Shown one piece after another: positions 15,468 to 29,826 of a stretch of DNA of 64,000 nucleotides. How positions within the stretch are numbered: the first letter of the stretch is position 1; every line of letters starts with the position of its first letter. The notes below the pieces were generated by a model. It had not been told where the DNA came from. It worked only from the letters and a program-made list of their open reading frames with translations, and searched no databases. The stretch is taken from the NCBI GenBank assembly GCA_964016885.1, contig OZ024741.1, positions 330,460,001 to 330,524,000 of the forward strand. Reading direction: 5' to 3'. The translations under genes and the position numbers were made by a program. Origin of the DNA: Eledone cirrhosa. Its lineage: Eukaryota.

Positions 15468-15813
15468 CATTTCATTTCATTTCATTTCATTTTACGTCCG
15501 CTTTTCCCTGCTTGCAAGGGTGGCACGGGGAACTGATTCTGGCTTGATTTGTACAGCTGGATGCCCTTCCTAACACCAACCTCATTTACAGTGAGTGCTG
15601 GGTGCTTTTTTGCCGTGGCACCTCCACGACCACTTTGCAGTGGAATGATATGGACCCCAGTCCCTATCATCTCATTTCTACAGCTGAGTAAACTGGAGCA
15701 ATGTGAAATAAAGTGTCTTGCTCAAGGAAACAACACATCACCCGGTCTGAGAATTGAACTCATAACCTTTCGATTGCAAGGCCAATATTCTAACCATTAA
15801 GCCATGTGCCTCC
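15468..15813 (-). mobile_element. tRNA-derived CORE-like SINE with RTE family-A tail
   Basis: Head GGAGGCACATGGCTTAATGG (A box)..GTTCAATTC (B box); core CCTTGAGCAAGACACTT; tail CCACCCTTGCAAGCAGGGAAAAGCGGACGTAAAATG matches the family-A 3' end. Confidence 0.9.
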
Positions 15814-15957
15814 ACATATATATATGTATATATATGTATATATATATGTATATGTATATATCTATATGTATATACATATATGTATATATATATATGTATA
15901 TATATATATGTATATATCTATATGTTATACATATATGTATATATATATGTATATGTG

Positions 15958-15991
<34 letters not shown>

Positions 15992-16023
15992 TATATGTAT
16001 ATATATATATATATGTATATGTG

Positions 16024-16054
<31 letters not shown>

Positions 16055-16055
<1 letters not shown>

Positions 16056-19000
16056 AGTCAGAGGCCCATACTATCGCTTAACTGGTTGCTTTTCGATATG
16101 ATGGATGGACTACGGAATTCTGGAGAGTTGAAGAGAGAAAAATGTGGACGCTCAGCGACAATGCCAAAGATAAAGCCAAATTCACCTCGTGGACGAGAAT
16201 GCAAGCACTCCTCCTTGTTTCGGCCCAGGATGGCTAACATAACCCCCCCCCCCCCCCGCGCCCCACCGCTCCCACCCTCCAAACGCAATCCAAAACTTCA
16301 GAGTTGGCACCATGAATGTAGGCACCTTAAAGGGTCGCTCTAACGAGGTTGTAGAAATGCTTGAACGTAAGGAGGTCGATGTTTGTTGTATTCAAGAGAC
16401 CAGGTCGAGGGGAGGGTCGGCTAGATTCATCGTGGGTAAAGAACGATGCTATAAGCTTTTCTGGGTGGGAAATGACAATGGGTTGGGTGGGGTAGGAATC
16501 ATGGTAGCAGAAAAGTGGGCAGATAAGATAATAGACGTAAATAGAGTGAACGACAGAATAATTAAAATAAGACTTGTCCTCAATAAAACTACGGTGACAG
16601 TAATATCTGCGTACGCACCCCAATCCGGACTGCCCCGCGCTATAAAAGACAGATTCTACGAGACACTGATGCTCGCTACCTCCCAAATAACCGACAGTGA
16701 CTATATAGTTATTGCAGGCGACCTAAATGGTCACGTTGGACAACATTGTGACGGCTATGACGGAATCCATGGAGGCTATGGGTTCGGTACTAGAAATGAG
16801 GAAGGCTCCAGAATCCTGGAATTCTGCGACGCAAATAACTTAACTATCTGTAACACTAACTTCAAAAAACGAGACAATCACTTGATCACCTATAGATCGG
16901 GGGAACACACAAGCCAGGTAGATTATATCCTTACCAGAAGACGGGACAGAGTGTCTGTTGTTAACACTAAATCCCACCCCCATGAAGAATTCACCTCCCA
17001 ACATAGACTGATAATTAGCGACCTCATAGTCAGGACGAGACGTACTAGACAGCGGAAGAGGACTATCCTCAGGAGAAAAATATGGAAGCTAAAGGACCCC
17101 ATAGCCAGAAATAAATTTCAAAGCATATTACTTGACGCTTTCGACAGTAAGGAAGAGCAATTAGAGTCGTATAATATAGAGGAACAGTGGGAATTCCTGA
17201 GAGCAAACCTGCTGACGGCGGCAGACGAAGTCTGTGGCTGGAGCAGGCCTGTAGGTAGGAGGAGAGTAACATGGTGGTGGAACAGTAAGGTGGAGGAGTC
17301 AATTAAGGCCAAAAAGCAGGCTTGGAAAGTATGGCGGGATGGGGGAAGTAGAGAAGACTATCAAGTGGCCAGGAGGGAAGCTAGGAGACAAGTGTACTTC
17401 GCAAGAAGGGAAGCAGAGGAAAGAAAGTTCAAGCATGTTCTACAACGTGAGGACCAAAAACGTGAGGTGTTCAGGATTGCCAGGCAATGTGTCAAGGAAA
17501 ACCGTGATATTGTCGGGGAGAAGTGTGTACTTAACGATGATGGCATACTTGCCTTCACCGACGCTGATAAGAAGGTAGCTTGGAAGTGTCACTACGAAAG
17601 GCTTCTAAATGAGGAGAACGAGAACAAATGGGAGAAAGACAGTCTCCCCCAGATCGATCCAATAGAGGGACCAGCAGTGTTAGTTGAAGGTAGTATAATA
17701 AGTAAGGCAATCAAAGATATGAAGACGGGTAAGGCGGCTGGGCCTTCGGAAATAGTTGCTGAGATGCTGAAGGCATCTGGTTCGGTGGGACACACCATGG
17801 TCACCCGGATAGTTAACCAAGTCGTACAGAATGGGGTTGTTCCGAAGGAATGGCGTAGCAGCATCATCGTTAACTGCTATAAGGGAAAAGGAGATGCCCT
17901 AGATAGGAGTAACTATAGAGGCATTAAATTAATCGACCAGGTCATGAAGGTCACGGAAAAAGTAATAGCGCAACTAATCAGAGAGAGAATTGATCTAGAT
18001 GAAATGCAGTTCGGGTTTGTGTCAGGCAAAAGTACCACAGACGCTCTTTTCATTGTACGACAACTACAAGAGAAGTACCTAGCTAAAAGTAAACCCCTAT
18101 ACTTAGCTTTCGTCGACTTGGAGAAAGCCTTCGACAGAGTCCCCCGTTCCATTATCTGGTGGTCTCTTAGAAAACTAGGTGTTGACGAATGGCTTGTGAG
18201 AGCTATACAAGCCATGTATAAAGAAACAGTCAGTAAGGTTAGAATTAACAACGAATATAGTGAAGAGTTTAGCGTAAAAGTTGGTGTCCATCAGGGCTCT
18301 GTTCTTAGCCCCCTACTATTTATTATTGCCCTTCAGGCTATAACAGAGGAGTTCAAGACCGGCTGCCCATGGGAACTCCTATACGCAGATGATCTAACGC
18401 TCATAGCTGAATCAATGGCCGAACTAGAGAAGAAATTCCAAACGTGGAAGCACGGCCTAGAATCAAAAGGCCTTAAAATTAACCTGGCTAAGACTAAAGT
18501 TCTAGTTTGTAGGAAAGAAAATAAGGCGGCGGTCCCATCGGGGAAATGGCCATGCTCAGTGTGTAGGAAAGGCGTAGGTAGAAACTCCATTTTATGTCCC
18601 AAATGCAAAGTATGGGTGCATAAAAGATGTAGTGGGATCACAGGTAAGCTAACTAAGAACATAGATTTTACATGTGGCCGGTGCTCTGGTGCAATAAGTA
18701 GCAGCAAGTGCCCACAAAATACTAGCTCCTTCAACTGCGCAAAGGGTTCTATAGAAATAGTGGCCAGCTTCCGTTATCTGGGTGACAAAATCAGCAGTGG
18801 GGGAGGGTGCTCTGAAAGTACAGTAGCTAGAGTCAGAACTGGATGGAAAAAGTTCAGAGAGCTTATACCACTATTAGCGCTAGAGGGTTCTCCCTAAAAT
18901 GAAAGGCAGGTTATACGATGCCTGCATATGAACAGCAATGCTGCATGGCAGTGAGACCTGGGCATTGTGGTGCAGAGGATATACGCAGACTAGAGAGGAA

Positions 19001-19733
19001 CGAAGCTTGCATGCTCCGCTGGATGTGCAATAGTAATATACGTGAACGGCAAAGCGTAAACGAACTAAGGAAAAAATTAGAAATAAGAGGGATCAGATGT
19101 TGTTTACTCGAGAGAAGGCTACGTTGGTACGGTCACGTGATGCGCATGAAAGACGACAGCTGTATAACAAAGTGCAGGGCAATAAAGATAGACGGTAGCC
19201 ACGGAGTAGGCAGACCCAGAAAAACATGGGACGAGCTGATAAATTCCGACCTCACACGCTTACACCTCTCCAAGACAATGTCACTGGACCGAGACCTTTG
19301 CGGTACTCAGTAATAGAGAAGACCCGCCTTACCTAAATACAAAGTAAAAACCTACTACAGTCAGTAGCATCTCTATCAAAACACACCCCCATCCCACCAC
19401 CTCCACCCCACCCACACCGCCCCTTTCAATGTAAAGTTATGTTGGTCCCACAACATCCAGGCCGAAACAAATGAGATCGTGTAGGTGTCACGACAAAAAA
19501 CACACAGTCCACGCTGTAATGTGGCCGTGTAGGCAACACGGTAAAAACCTCCCAGCCCCACACTGTAAATGTGGTTGGTGTTAGGAAGGGCATCCAACTG
19601 TAGAAAACCCGCCAGACAGTCCTATGCGAGCAAGACAACCACTCTTGCCTCAAGTGGGAAAACCCCCGTCCAAACCCATGCAAGCGTGGAACACGGACGC
19701 TAAACCTGATGATGATGATGATGATGATGATGA
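16055..19733 (+). mobile_element. Near full-length RTE LINE (family C), pseudogenised
   Basis: EN+RT ORF at 16312-18897. Probable frameshift in the poly-C tract near 16250, frameshift and stop near 18890-18930, long 3'UTR, (GAT)n tail. Confidence 0.95.
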
Positions 19734-19819
19734 TATATATATATATATATATGTATATATATGTATATGTATATGTATATATATGTATATATATATGTAT
19801 ATATGTATATGTATATATT

Positions 19820-21359
19820 CTAGGGCGGGTAAAATTCCTGAGATCCATGGACATGTTCTCTCCAGCGGTCTCTGTCCCTCATTATCGCTGCCATGTCCTG
19901 CGTCTCCAACAAACCAGTGTCTGTCCATAGGGCATCAATATACGTTAACCTTGTTCTTCTTCTTCCAGTATGTCCATGTAGGGGCTCCCACAGGAGCACT
20001 GAGTGCAATGTCAACTCTGGATGCTGGTGAGCATGTCCAGCTAACCTCAGTCTCCTCTGTGTCACTTTTGAGATGACTTTTTGGAGGCTCCCATACAGCT
20101 CTGAGTTTTTCATCCTCAGTGTATACTGATTAATGTTCAGAGCCATCCTCAGCATTCTCGTGTAGCACTCATCCACTATCTGAGTGAGTTTCTTGGTCAG
20201 TGTCCAATTCTCAGACCCGTACAGCAACACAGACTTCACTACAGCAATGAAGAGGCGGATTTTCAGGTCTTTACGAAGATCCGACTTCCACACCGATCTC
20301 AAGCTGTGGCACGCCGCCCAGGCCTTGCTCTTCCTCTCAACCACATCATCTTCCGTATTCCCAATCTTTGCTCCCAAATACAGGAAGTCCTCAACCAATT
20401 CTAGCAGCTTCCTGCTTACATTAGTGATCCCCTCTGGCTTCTCAACATTCTCTACCAGATATTTTGTTTTAGTCTCATTCATTCTCAGCCCCACACTCAT
20501 CGAGACAGTCTCAACCTTCTGCATCAAATCCTGTGCCTCCTTCTCTGTATTTGTCACCAAAACTATGTCGTCGGCAAATTCAGCATCCGATATCTTTTTT
20601 GCCTTAACTCTCCTGCTCTGAGCCGGTGCTACAGTAAAGCCAAAGTCCTGGTGTTTTTCCAGTGCAAGGCGCATATAATAGTCCACTATGATGATAAAAA
20701 GGTAGGGAGCCAATATATCTCCCTGGAGTACTCCAGCCAGTATCTCAAAGAACTTTGTCATCCCATTAGGTGTAATGACTTGGGCTTTGGTGTTGGTGTA
20801 GAGCAGTGATATCAGGTCCACTATCTTCTTGGGGATTCGATAAGCCTGTAAGATCTTCATCAAGCAGTGAAAGTCCACAGAATCAAAGGCCTTCCTAAAG
20901 TCAATGAAAACCATGACCGCAGGAAGGCACTTTGCTCTAGCTCCCTCTTAATATCCTCCTCAGCATCAGGATGTGACTGGTGGTTGATCTTCCAACTCTG
21001 AAGCCATTCTAGTTGTCCCTGAGCTTCTTCTCCATCTCAGGCTGGATCCTGTTAAGAATCATCCTGTTGAGGGTATTTGCCACAGGTGACATCAGTGAGA
21101 TCCCCCTGTAGTTTTTGGTGTTAGAGAGATCTCCCTCTTTGGCACTGGGTCGATGTTACTGATCCTCCACGGATTCGGGGCAACTCCTTTCTCCAGTGCC
21201 TGGTTACAGAACCCCAGGATGATATCATCAACATCACACCTCTTCATCACCTCTGATGCCACTCCATCTTCTCCATGAGCCTTGCCCTCCTTGATCTTCT
21301 TTTTGGCTCTCTGAAGCTCCTCTCTGGTGAAGGGCTCTGTCTTAATATCCAGTTCTCAA
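19820..21359 (-). mobile_element. 5'-truncated RTE LINE (family D), RT region
   Basis: FIDFRKAFDSV, GVLQGD.LAP, FADD and LLYGSE motifs; ends EFYPP-stop. Confidence 0.92.
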
Positions 21360-21464
21360 TATATACATATATATGTATATATATGTATATATATATATAT
21401 GTATATGTATATATATGTAGATGTGTATATATATATTATATGTATATGTATATATATGTAGATG

Positions 21465-21495
<31 letters not shown>

Positions 21496-21497
<2 letters not shown>

Positions 21498-21603
21498 GAC
21501 GAAGGACCGTGACAAGTGGAGAGATGCTGTGCTGAATAGGACCCGTCCAACCCCTGCAAGCATGGAAAAGTGGACGTACAATGATGATGATGATGATGAT
21601 GAT
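21496..21603 (+). mobile_element. RTE family-A-like 3' tail fragment
   Basis: Encodes [15 protein letters not shown], then (GAT)n. Confidence 0.85.
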
Positions 21604-21743
21604 ATATGTATGTATATGTATAAATATGTATATGTATATATATGCATATGTATATATAGATATGTATATATATATATATATATGTATATATATAAACAAG
21701 AAGTGTAAGTCAACAGGGTAAAATTAACTTCGTTTATTCATAT

Positions 21744-21803
21744 TTGCTGATATATATATTTCAGAGAAAGCCATCATAAAACAGTAATGACCTCATCGGG
21801 CAA
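21744..21803 (-). ncRNA. Degenerate hammerhead-like motif (U4C core)
   Basis: UUGC-CCGAUGA-..-GAAA-UAUAUAUA-UC-AGCAA followed by AAUAAA. Stem II is weak. Confidence 0.5.
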
Positions 21804-22077
21804 TAAGAACTTGAACAGAGAAAGCAGGAAAACACGAGGTATTAGATTTTACCTTGTTAATTCATTTAAAAGCCCAGCTCAAGGGTGTGTTGTTAGTCCT
21901 CTAAGGAACTGAAAGCATATATGCTTTCAGTTATATATATGTATATACACACACACACTTATATATATATATATATGTATATATATGTATATATATATAT
22001 ATGTGTGTGTATATATATTTATATGTATATATATATGTATATATATATATATGTGTATATCGATATATATAAGTTAT

Positions 22078-22196
22078 AAGAATCAAAGTTCTGTTCAAAT
22101 CATTTATATGCTTACAATTGTTTCCTCCAAACCGAGGTTTGGATTCTTAGGAGCAATTGTATATGCATAACCATAAATAGTATCCTTAATACTATA
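22078..22196 (-). repeat. Fragment of the CCGAAGA-hammerhead repeat family with a mutated core (CCUAAGA)
   Basis: Aligns by eye to 39171-39250 and 47740-47820. Confidence 0.8.
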
Positions 22197-22510
22197 TCAT
22201 CATTTCATTTTACGTCCGCTTTTCCCTGCTTGCAAGGGTGGGACGGGAACTGATTCTGGCTTGATTTCTACAGCTGGATGCCCTTCCTAACACCAACCTC
22301 ATTTACAGTGAGTGCTGGGTGCTTTTTTTCCGTGGCACTTTCACGACCATTTTGCAGTCCTTATCATCTCATTTCTACAGCTGAGTAAACTGGAGCAATG
22401 TGAAATAAAGTGTCTTACTCAAGGAAACAACACATCACCCGGTCTGAGAATTGAACTCACAACCTTTCGATTGCAAGGCCAATGCTCTAACCACTAAGCC
22501 ATGTGCCTCC
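22197..22510 (-). mobile_element. tRNA-derived SINE with RTE family-A tail
   Basis: Same head, core and tail as 15468-15813. Confidence 0.9.
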
Positions 22511-22559
22511 ATACATATATATGTATATGTATATATATATACATGTATACATGTATACA

Positions 22560-22998
22560 TCTTAAGAGTCAATCGCCATCCAAAATCACCGGGAGAGATC
22601 ACCCCATTAGCCTTTGTCAAGGCAGAATTCTAGGAGAAGGAAAACTCTGATATAACACCTGCAGCCCTGATGGTATCCAATGATGTTGACTTGTTCTTCT
22701 TTTTGGTAAATATCATCTTGGTTAAGAGAGTGGGACTGGCTTTGTGCAGTGCCTTTGCTCACTATAAAAGCTTCACGGCACAGGCATTGCTTTATATCTG
22801 GAGATCTCTCTGCACTTGTCGTCACATGGTACCATGGGCCCAGCACTATGTGTCAATAATTGTCACAAGTGTAGTGTTTGTACCAGAGTTTCCAAGTCGC
22901 TGGCTGGACTAAAATGTCACACTTGTTTAGCGCATCGGTAGGGGTTCTCTTACATGCATATAAAGTAGTGGCCGTACTCGAAAACGAGTTGGCAGCCA
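22560..22998 (+). mobile_element. RTE-type 5'UTR fragment (same family as 63607-64000)
   Basis: Near identical to 63779-64000. Contains CTAGGAGAAGGAAAACTCTGA, a motif I recall from RTE 5'UTRs. Confidence 0.65.
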
Positions 22999-23021
22999 CC
23001 ATATATATATATAGATAGATG

Positions 23022-23070
<49 letters not shown>

Positions 23071-23075
23071 GTGTA

Positions 23076-23174
<99 letters not shown>

Positions 23175-23230
23175 TATATATATATATATAGTGTATATAT
23201 ATATATATGTGTATATATATATATATAGTG

Positions 23231-23269
<39 letters not shown>

Positions 23270-23350
23270 GTGTATATATATATATATATATGTGTATATA
23301 TATATATGTGTATATATATATATGTGTATATATATATATATGTGTATATG

Positions 23351-23381
<31 letters not shown>

Positions 23382-23452
23382 GTGTATATATGTGTATATA
23401 TATAAATATATATGTGTATATATGTTTATATATATATATATATATATGTGTA

Positions 23453-23483
<31 letters not shown>

Positions 23484-23488
23484 GTGTA

Positions 23489-23547
<59 letters not shown>

Positions 23548-23559
23548 ATATACGTGTAT

Positions 23560-24172
23560 ATCATCATCATCATCATCATCATCAGCGTTTAACGTCCGTG
23601 TTCCACGCTTGCATGGGTTTGGACGGGGGTAGTCCCACTTGAGGCAAGAGTGATTGTCTTGCTCGCATAGGACTGTCTGGCAGGTTTTCTACAGTTGGAT
23701 GCCCTTCCTAACACCAACCACATTTACAGTGTGGGTCTGGGAGGTTTTTACCGTGTTGCCTACACGGCCACATTACAGCGTGGACTGTGTGTTTTTTTGT
23801 CGTGACACCTACACGATCTCATTTGTTTCGGCCTCGATGGCGCGGCACCAACATAACTTTACATAGAACGGGGTGGTGTGGATCGGGTGGGGGTGGTGGT
23901 GGTGGGACGGGGTGTATTTTGTTAGAGATGCCTACTGGCTGGAGTAGGTTTTACTATATATTTAGGTAAGGCGGGTCTTCTCTGTTACTGAGTACCGCCA
24001 AAGGTCTCGGTCCAGTGACATTGTCTTGGAGAGGTGTAAGTGTGTGATGTCGGAGTTTATCAGCTCGTCCCAGGTTTTTCTAGGTCTGCCTATTCCGTGA
24101 CTACCGTCTATCTTTATTGCCCTGCACTTTGATATATATATATATAATTGTGTATATATATATATATATATA

Positions 24173-24245
<73 letters not shown>

Positions 24246-24368
24246 ATATATATGTGTATATATATGTATATATATATGTGTATATATATGTATATATATA
24301 TATGTGTATATATATGTATATATATATATGTGTATATATATGTATATATATATATGTGTATATATATG

Positions 24369-24429
<61 letters not shown>

Positions 24430-25850
24430 TAGAAAACTAGGTGTTGACGAATGGCTTGTCAGAGCTATACAAGCCATGTATAAAGAAACAGTCAGCAAGG
24501 TTAGAATTAACAACGAATATAGTGAAGAGTTTAGCGTAAAAGTTGGTGTCCATCAGGGCTCTGTTCTTAGCCCCCTCCTATTTATTATTGCCCTTCAGGC
24601 TATAACAGAGGAGTTCAAGACCGGCTGCCCATGGGAACTCCTATACGCAGATGATCTAACGCTCATAGCTGAATCAATGGCCGAGCTAGAGAAGAAATTC
24701 CAAACATGGAAGCACGGCCTAGAATCAAAATGGAGTTTCTACCTACGCCTTTCCTACACACTGAGCATGGCCATTTCCCGGAAAGGACCGGCGCCTTATT
24801 TTCTTTCCTACAAACTAGAACTTTAGTCTTAGCCAGGTTAATTTTAAGGTTTTTTTATTCTAGGCCGTGCTTCCATGTATACGACTCTAATTGCTCTTCC
24901 TTACTGTCAAAAGCATCAAGTAATATGCTTTTAAATTTACTTCTGGCTGTGGGGTCCTTTAGCTTCCATATTTTTCTCCTGAGGATAGTCCTCTTCTGCT
25001 GTCTAGTACGTCTCGTCCTGACTATGAGGTCGCTAATTATCAGTCTATGTTGGGAAGTGCATTCTTCATGGGGGAGGGATTTAGTGTTTACAACAGTCAC
25101 TCTGTCACGTCTTCTGGTAAGGATATAATCTACCTGGCTGGTATGTTCCCCTGATCTGTAGGTGATCAAGTGATTGTCTCGTTTTTTGAAGTTAGTGTTA
25201 CAGATAGTTAGGTTATTTGCATCACAGAATTCCAGGATTGTGGAGCCTTCCTCGTTTCTAGTACCAAACTCATAGCCTCCGTGGATTCCGTCATAGCCGT
25301 CACAATGTTGTCCAACGTGACCATTTAGGTCGCCAGCAATAATTATGTAGTCACTGTCGGCTATTTGAGAGGTAGTGAGCATCAGTGTCTCATAGAATCT
25401 GTCTTTTATAGCGCCAGGCAGTCCGGATTGGGGCGCGTATGCAGATATTACTGTCACAGTAGTTCTATTTAGAACAAGTCTTATTTTAATTATTCTGTCA
25501 TTCACTCTATTTACGTCTATTATCTTATCCACCCATTTTTCTGCTAACATGATTCCTACCCCACCCAGCCCATTGTCATTTCCCACCCAGAAAAGCTTAT
25601 AGCATCGTTTTTTACAATGAATCTAGCAGACCCTCCCCTCCACCTGGTCTCTTGAATACAACAAATATCGACCTCCTTACGTTCAAGCATTTCTACAACC
25701 TCGTTTGAGCGGCCTTTTAAAGTCCCTACATTCATGGTACCAACTCTGAAGTTTTGGATTGCGTTTGGTGGGTGCGGTGCAGGGAGGGTTGAGGTTGATG
25801 GGGTTGGGGTTATGTTGGCCATCCGCGGCCGCAACAAAGAGGGTGGGGCT
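23560..25850 (-). mobile_element. Rearranged RTE family-C copy (deletions, internal inversion, TA insertion)
   Basis: EN on - (24877-25850), RT piece on - (24731-24875), RT piece on + (24427-24730), 3' end and tail on - (23560-24130). Confidence 0.9.
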
Positions 25851-25974
25851 TTGATATATATATGTGTTTATATATGTATATATATATGTATATATATATG
25901 TATATATATATATGTGTATATATATGTATATATATATATGTGTATATATATATATATATGTGTATATATATATG

Positions 25975-26038
<64 letters not shown>

Positions 26039-26056
26039 AAATAAAATAATTAATAA

Positions 26057-26107
26057 TGCTATATCTATTTCGGTGACAGCCACCATTGGCTGTGACCTCT
26101 TCAGGCA
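26057..26107 (-). ncRNA. Hammerhead ribozyme
   Basis: UGC-CUGAAGA-GGUCACAGCC(AAUGGU)GGCUGUCACC-GAAA-UAGAUA-UA-GCA. Confidence 0.8.
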
Positions 26108-26641
26108 GTCCGAATTGGTGTGGGAAGGACAGGTACACATGTTGTTGAAGTGTGTTTTACTCCGTCAATACATCGATATGTCCAGCTCCTGGTAGTGTTG
26201 TTATTTCTCTTAGGATGTATATATATATATATATATGGTCATATTTATATATATGTATATATATAAATGTATATATATGTATATATATTTATATATATGT
26301 ATATATATAAATGCATATATATATATATATATTAATAAGGTAATGAATTCTTTTACAATGAATTACAATGAATTTTTTTACATCTTAAAGTCTAAACTTA
26401 TCTACGGAACAGGTTTGATTTTGAAATTTAAATGTGTCTAAACATCACGGCCTTTTGCCAATACAGTTCGTCTCCGTTGATTTATTATTTTAAATCGATA
26501 TGGACAAACTGTAGTATAATAATTAGTATACTTCAATCTAGCTAAATTTTTCTTTTGCAATATATATACAGATGTGTTGGTGTCTGTGTTTCATCACTTA
26601 CATATTAATTTATATATATATATATATGTATATATATATAA

Positions 26642-27260
26642 ATGTTCCCAGCACATAAATATAGTAACATTTTTAATAGAAATACCATTAAAATTTCTTA
26701 CTCTACGACTCCTAACCTTGCACATAACATCACAGCTTCAAATTTAATTAAATTACCGAGCTGTAGGAACACGTGCAACCCTGTAGCTAGTACTAACTGT
26801 AATCGTAGGAATCGGGTTGACTGCCCCCTATCCGGGAAATGCCTTTCTAGTAACATTGTCTACAAATGTAAGGTTGAAACACCCATGTCCCGTATTGCCT
26901 ACATAGGGTTAACCGCCAATAGATTCAAGCAGCGTCTGTCTTTACATGCATACCCATTCTTTTCTTAACCCTTTAAGAAGGAATATGACGTCACTTTCAG
27001 CTTATATCTGGAGTCTAAAAGACAACCACACCCAATATAAGTTACACTGGGAGATCCTAGCTAAGGCTAGATCGTATAACGGAAATAAAAGACCATGTGA
27101 CCTCTGCGCCGCTGTGGCCCTGGAAATACTCTACGCCAAAGACCACATCTTAAACAAAAAATCTGAGGCAATTTTGGCTTGTAAACATAAATTGCACAAA
27201 CTTTCCCGTATTACAGCCCCACATTATACCCTAACGGATAGTACGAACAATACGTCTTGA
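26642..27260 (+). pseudogene. Naiad-type PLE GIY-YIG endonuclease fragment, frameshifted
   Basis: IFNRNTIKISYSTTPN, CPLSGKC, IVYKC..YIG..FKQR, CDLC..LNKK..CKH. Confidence 0.85.
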
Positions 27261-27409
27261 TATGGTAGCTAAGTATTTGTTATGTTTATACCATTACTTA
27301 TTTGTATAGGTAAGTATATATTACCTGTATGTTTTGTGAAGGTATGTATACTTTCTCGTACGTATATTTGCTTGTATATGTTATGGCATATATATATTAT
27401 ATATACTGG

Positions 27410-29634
27410 TACATGATTGCTTCAAGCTCCGTGGTTAGTTTGACACTATGGGGTGACCACAACTGGGAGCAGTAGTCCAGGTGGCTTAGGACAAATGTTC
27501 TCCATAGTGTCAACATTGTGTCTCGGTCTCTTGTCCGGAAAGTCATCAAGATCCAGCCAGCGAGTCGTCTGCACATTGTCGCCACTTTCATGATGTGTGA
27601 GGAAAAAGATGCATCATCGCTCATGTCTATGCCTAGACCTCGTATCGATTTTGACACGGGGATATCGGTCCCTCCTGGTCCTGTGTAGTTGTGTTGTACT
27701 ATATTTGTGTTTGCAGGTTTGTTTGGAGGTTTGTATTGTAGGGCTTGGAATTTGCCAGCATTAAACTGCATGTTGTTGTCTTCCGCCCATTTGTATATGG
27801 CATCCAGATCTTGTTGTAAAAGGGCAGCGTCAGCCGGGTTTTTGATTGCCTGTGCTACCTTAGTGTCATCAGCATAGCTAGTGAGGGATGTTGTATGTAC
27901 TACAGTGGGCATGTCTGAGAGAGCCACCAAAAACAGTAGTGGTCCCAGGACTGTGCCTTGGGGCACCCAACTTGTTATTGATGTTTCCTTTGAGAGGGCC
28001 CCGTTTGCTGCGACTGTGTAGTTTGTGACATGTCATTCTGTGGTTGACCTTGTCAATGGCCTTCACAAAGTCAAGATATATCACGTCCACATGTGCGCTG
28101 TCTAGCAGTTGTTTCAGTACCCAGTCATAGTGATGTAGCAGCTGTGTAAGGCAGCTTCTTCCTGGCCGAAAGCCATGCTGCGTGCTAGTCAGGCGGTCAT
28201 TTTCCTCAAGGAAAGTGATCAGTTTCTTTCTAATGATTCACTCCATGACCTTACTGATATGTGATGTTAGGGAGACTGGCCTATAGTTTTTGGCCTCCGC
28301 TCTGCTACCTCCTTTATGGATAGGGCATATTGTGCCTTCTTTCAGTTCCCCGAGTAGTCTACCGCTAGCCAAGGAGCTTCTGAAGAGCATCTTCAGTGGA
28401 GTTGCTAAGGCCCGCTTACATGTTTTTAAGAGGACTGCTGGGAATCCATCAGGTGCAGCAGCTGAGTCTGTTCTAATTTCACCTATGGCGTATACCACAT
28501 CCTCCTCCGCTATGTCTATGTGGTTGATGGTCGCCATTTCTTCATGTAGTGTTGTGGCATCAAAGAACTCCTCTGGCTTTGTTATTTGCATGTGTCTCAG
28601 TGGACATGTGAACACACTTTTGTATTCATTCAGTATTTCACATATCTCTTCGGGATTCTCGGTTAATGAACCGTCTGTATGGAAGAGTGGCCCAATCTTG
28701 CAGTGTACAGAGGCAGTTTCTTTTGCAAATTTAAAGAACGCCTTAGGGTTTGTTTTAATATTTTCTATGGCCCTGCTTTCTTTCTTTGCCCTCTCATTTT
28801 CATGGGAAAGTTTGAGTGCAATATCGATGTCAAGTAGTGCATGTTTCAAATAGGATTCCTTCTTGTTTTTGTTTTCTTGTGCATTCAACTGGTTTGAGAG
28901 TTTAGTTCTACGTCTCATAAGGATTTTCCTATCTCTGGGAATAAGATTTTTGTGTCTGTTTGCCTTTTTCTCCGGGACAAACTTTTGGCATATAGTTTGT
29001 ATCGTTGTCAGGAAGTTTTGAAAGTGTGTGTTGGTATCTTGTGTGGCGATGTTGTCGCTCCATATTTGCTTCCGGATTTCTCGCTTGATCTTTTTCCAGT
29101 TAGCCTCGTAGAAGTTAATGCTGGATAAGGTCCCGGTACTTCTTGATGGTTGTGTCTCTGTTGGTTTTCTTGGATCACATATCTTTTGTTCTACTAAGCT
29201 ATGATCTAAGAAAATTGTTGGTGTCACCTTTACATTGTGGATGAGCACTGCATTGTTTGTAAAACAGAGATCTAGGACATTCTCGCCTCTTCTTGGGAGG
29301 AGTACTGCTTGTTCCATGTGTGTGAAGGCCAGCAGGGATTCCGTCTGTCTCTGTTCTAGTGATGTCATTCCAGGGAGGAGGTGGCCCTCCGGCCATTTGA
29401 CCTTTGGCAGGTTGAAGTCTCTCAGCAGCAGAAAGTTGAGACCCTGGTCCAGTTTGTCAAGGAGCTCTTCTATCCTACTGAGGCTATCTTCAAATTTACC
29501 CTCATGACTGGGGGCATCGGGTGGTCGATATGTGACACATATTACTGTCTTTAGTTGCTTCATATGTACTATCAGTGTCTCACAGACTAAGTTTGAATGT
29601 GTCAACAGTACAATTGGTGCGACATTTTTACAGA
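27410..29634 (-). mobile_element. Degenerate CR1/L2-group LINE (EN plus RT)
   Basis: [36 protein letters not shown] and LDYCSQLWSP motifs; several frameshifts. Confidence 0.9.
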
Positions 29635-29635
29635 T

Positions 29636-29826
29636 ATCATCATCATCATCATTTTACGTCCGCTTTTCCTTGCTTGCAAGGGTGGGACTGGTCTTATTCA
29701 GCACAGCATCTCTCCACTTGTCACGGTCCTTCGTCATCTCCACCGTGAGCTTCAGCTATCTGAGGTCTGTTCTCACCACCTCCGCCCATGTTTTTCGTGG
29801 TCTACCTCTACCACGTCTTCCTTCAA
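29636..29826 (-). mobile_element. RTE family-A 3' fragment
   Basis: Matches 628-823 closely. Confidence 0.9.

Noticed and set aside
15740-15813. tRNA gene
   Set aside because: The A/B-box region is fused to a SINE core and RTE tail, with diverged copies; it is a SINE head.
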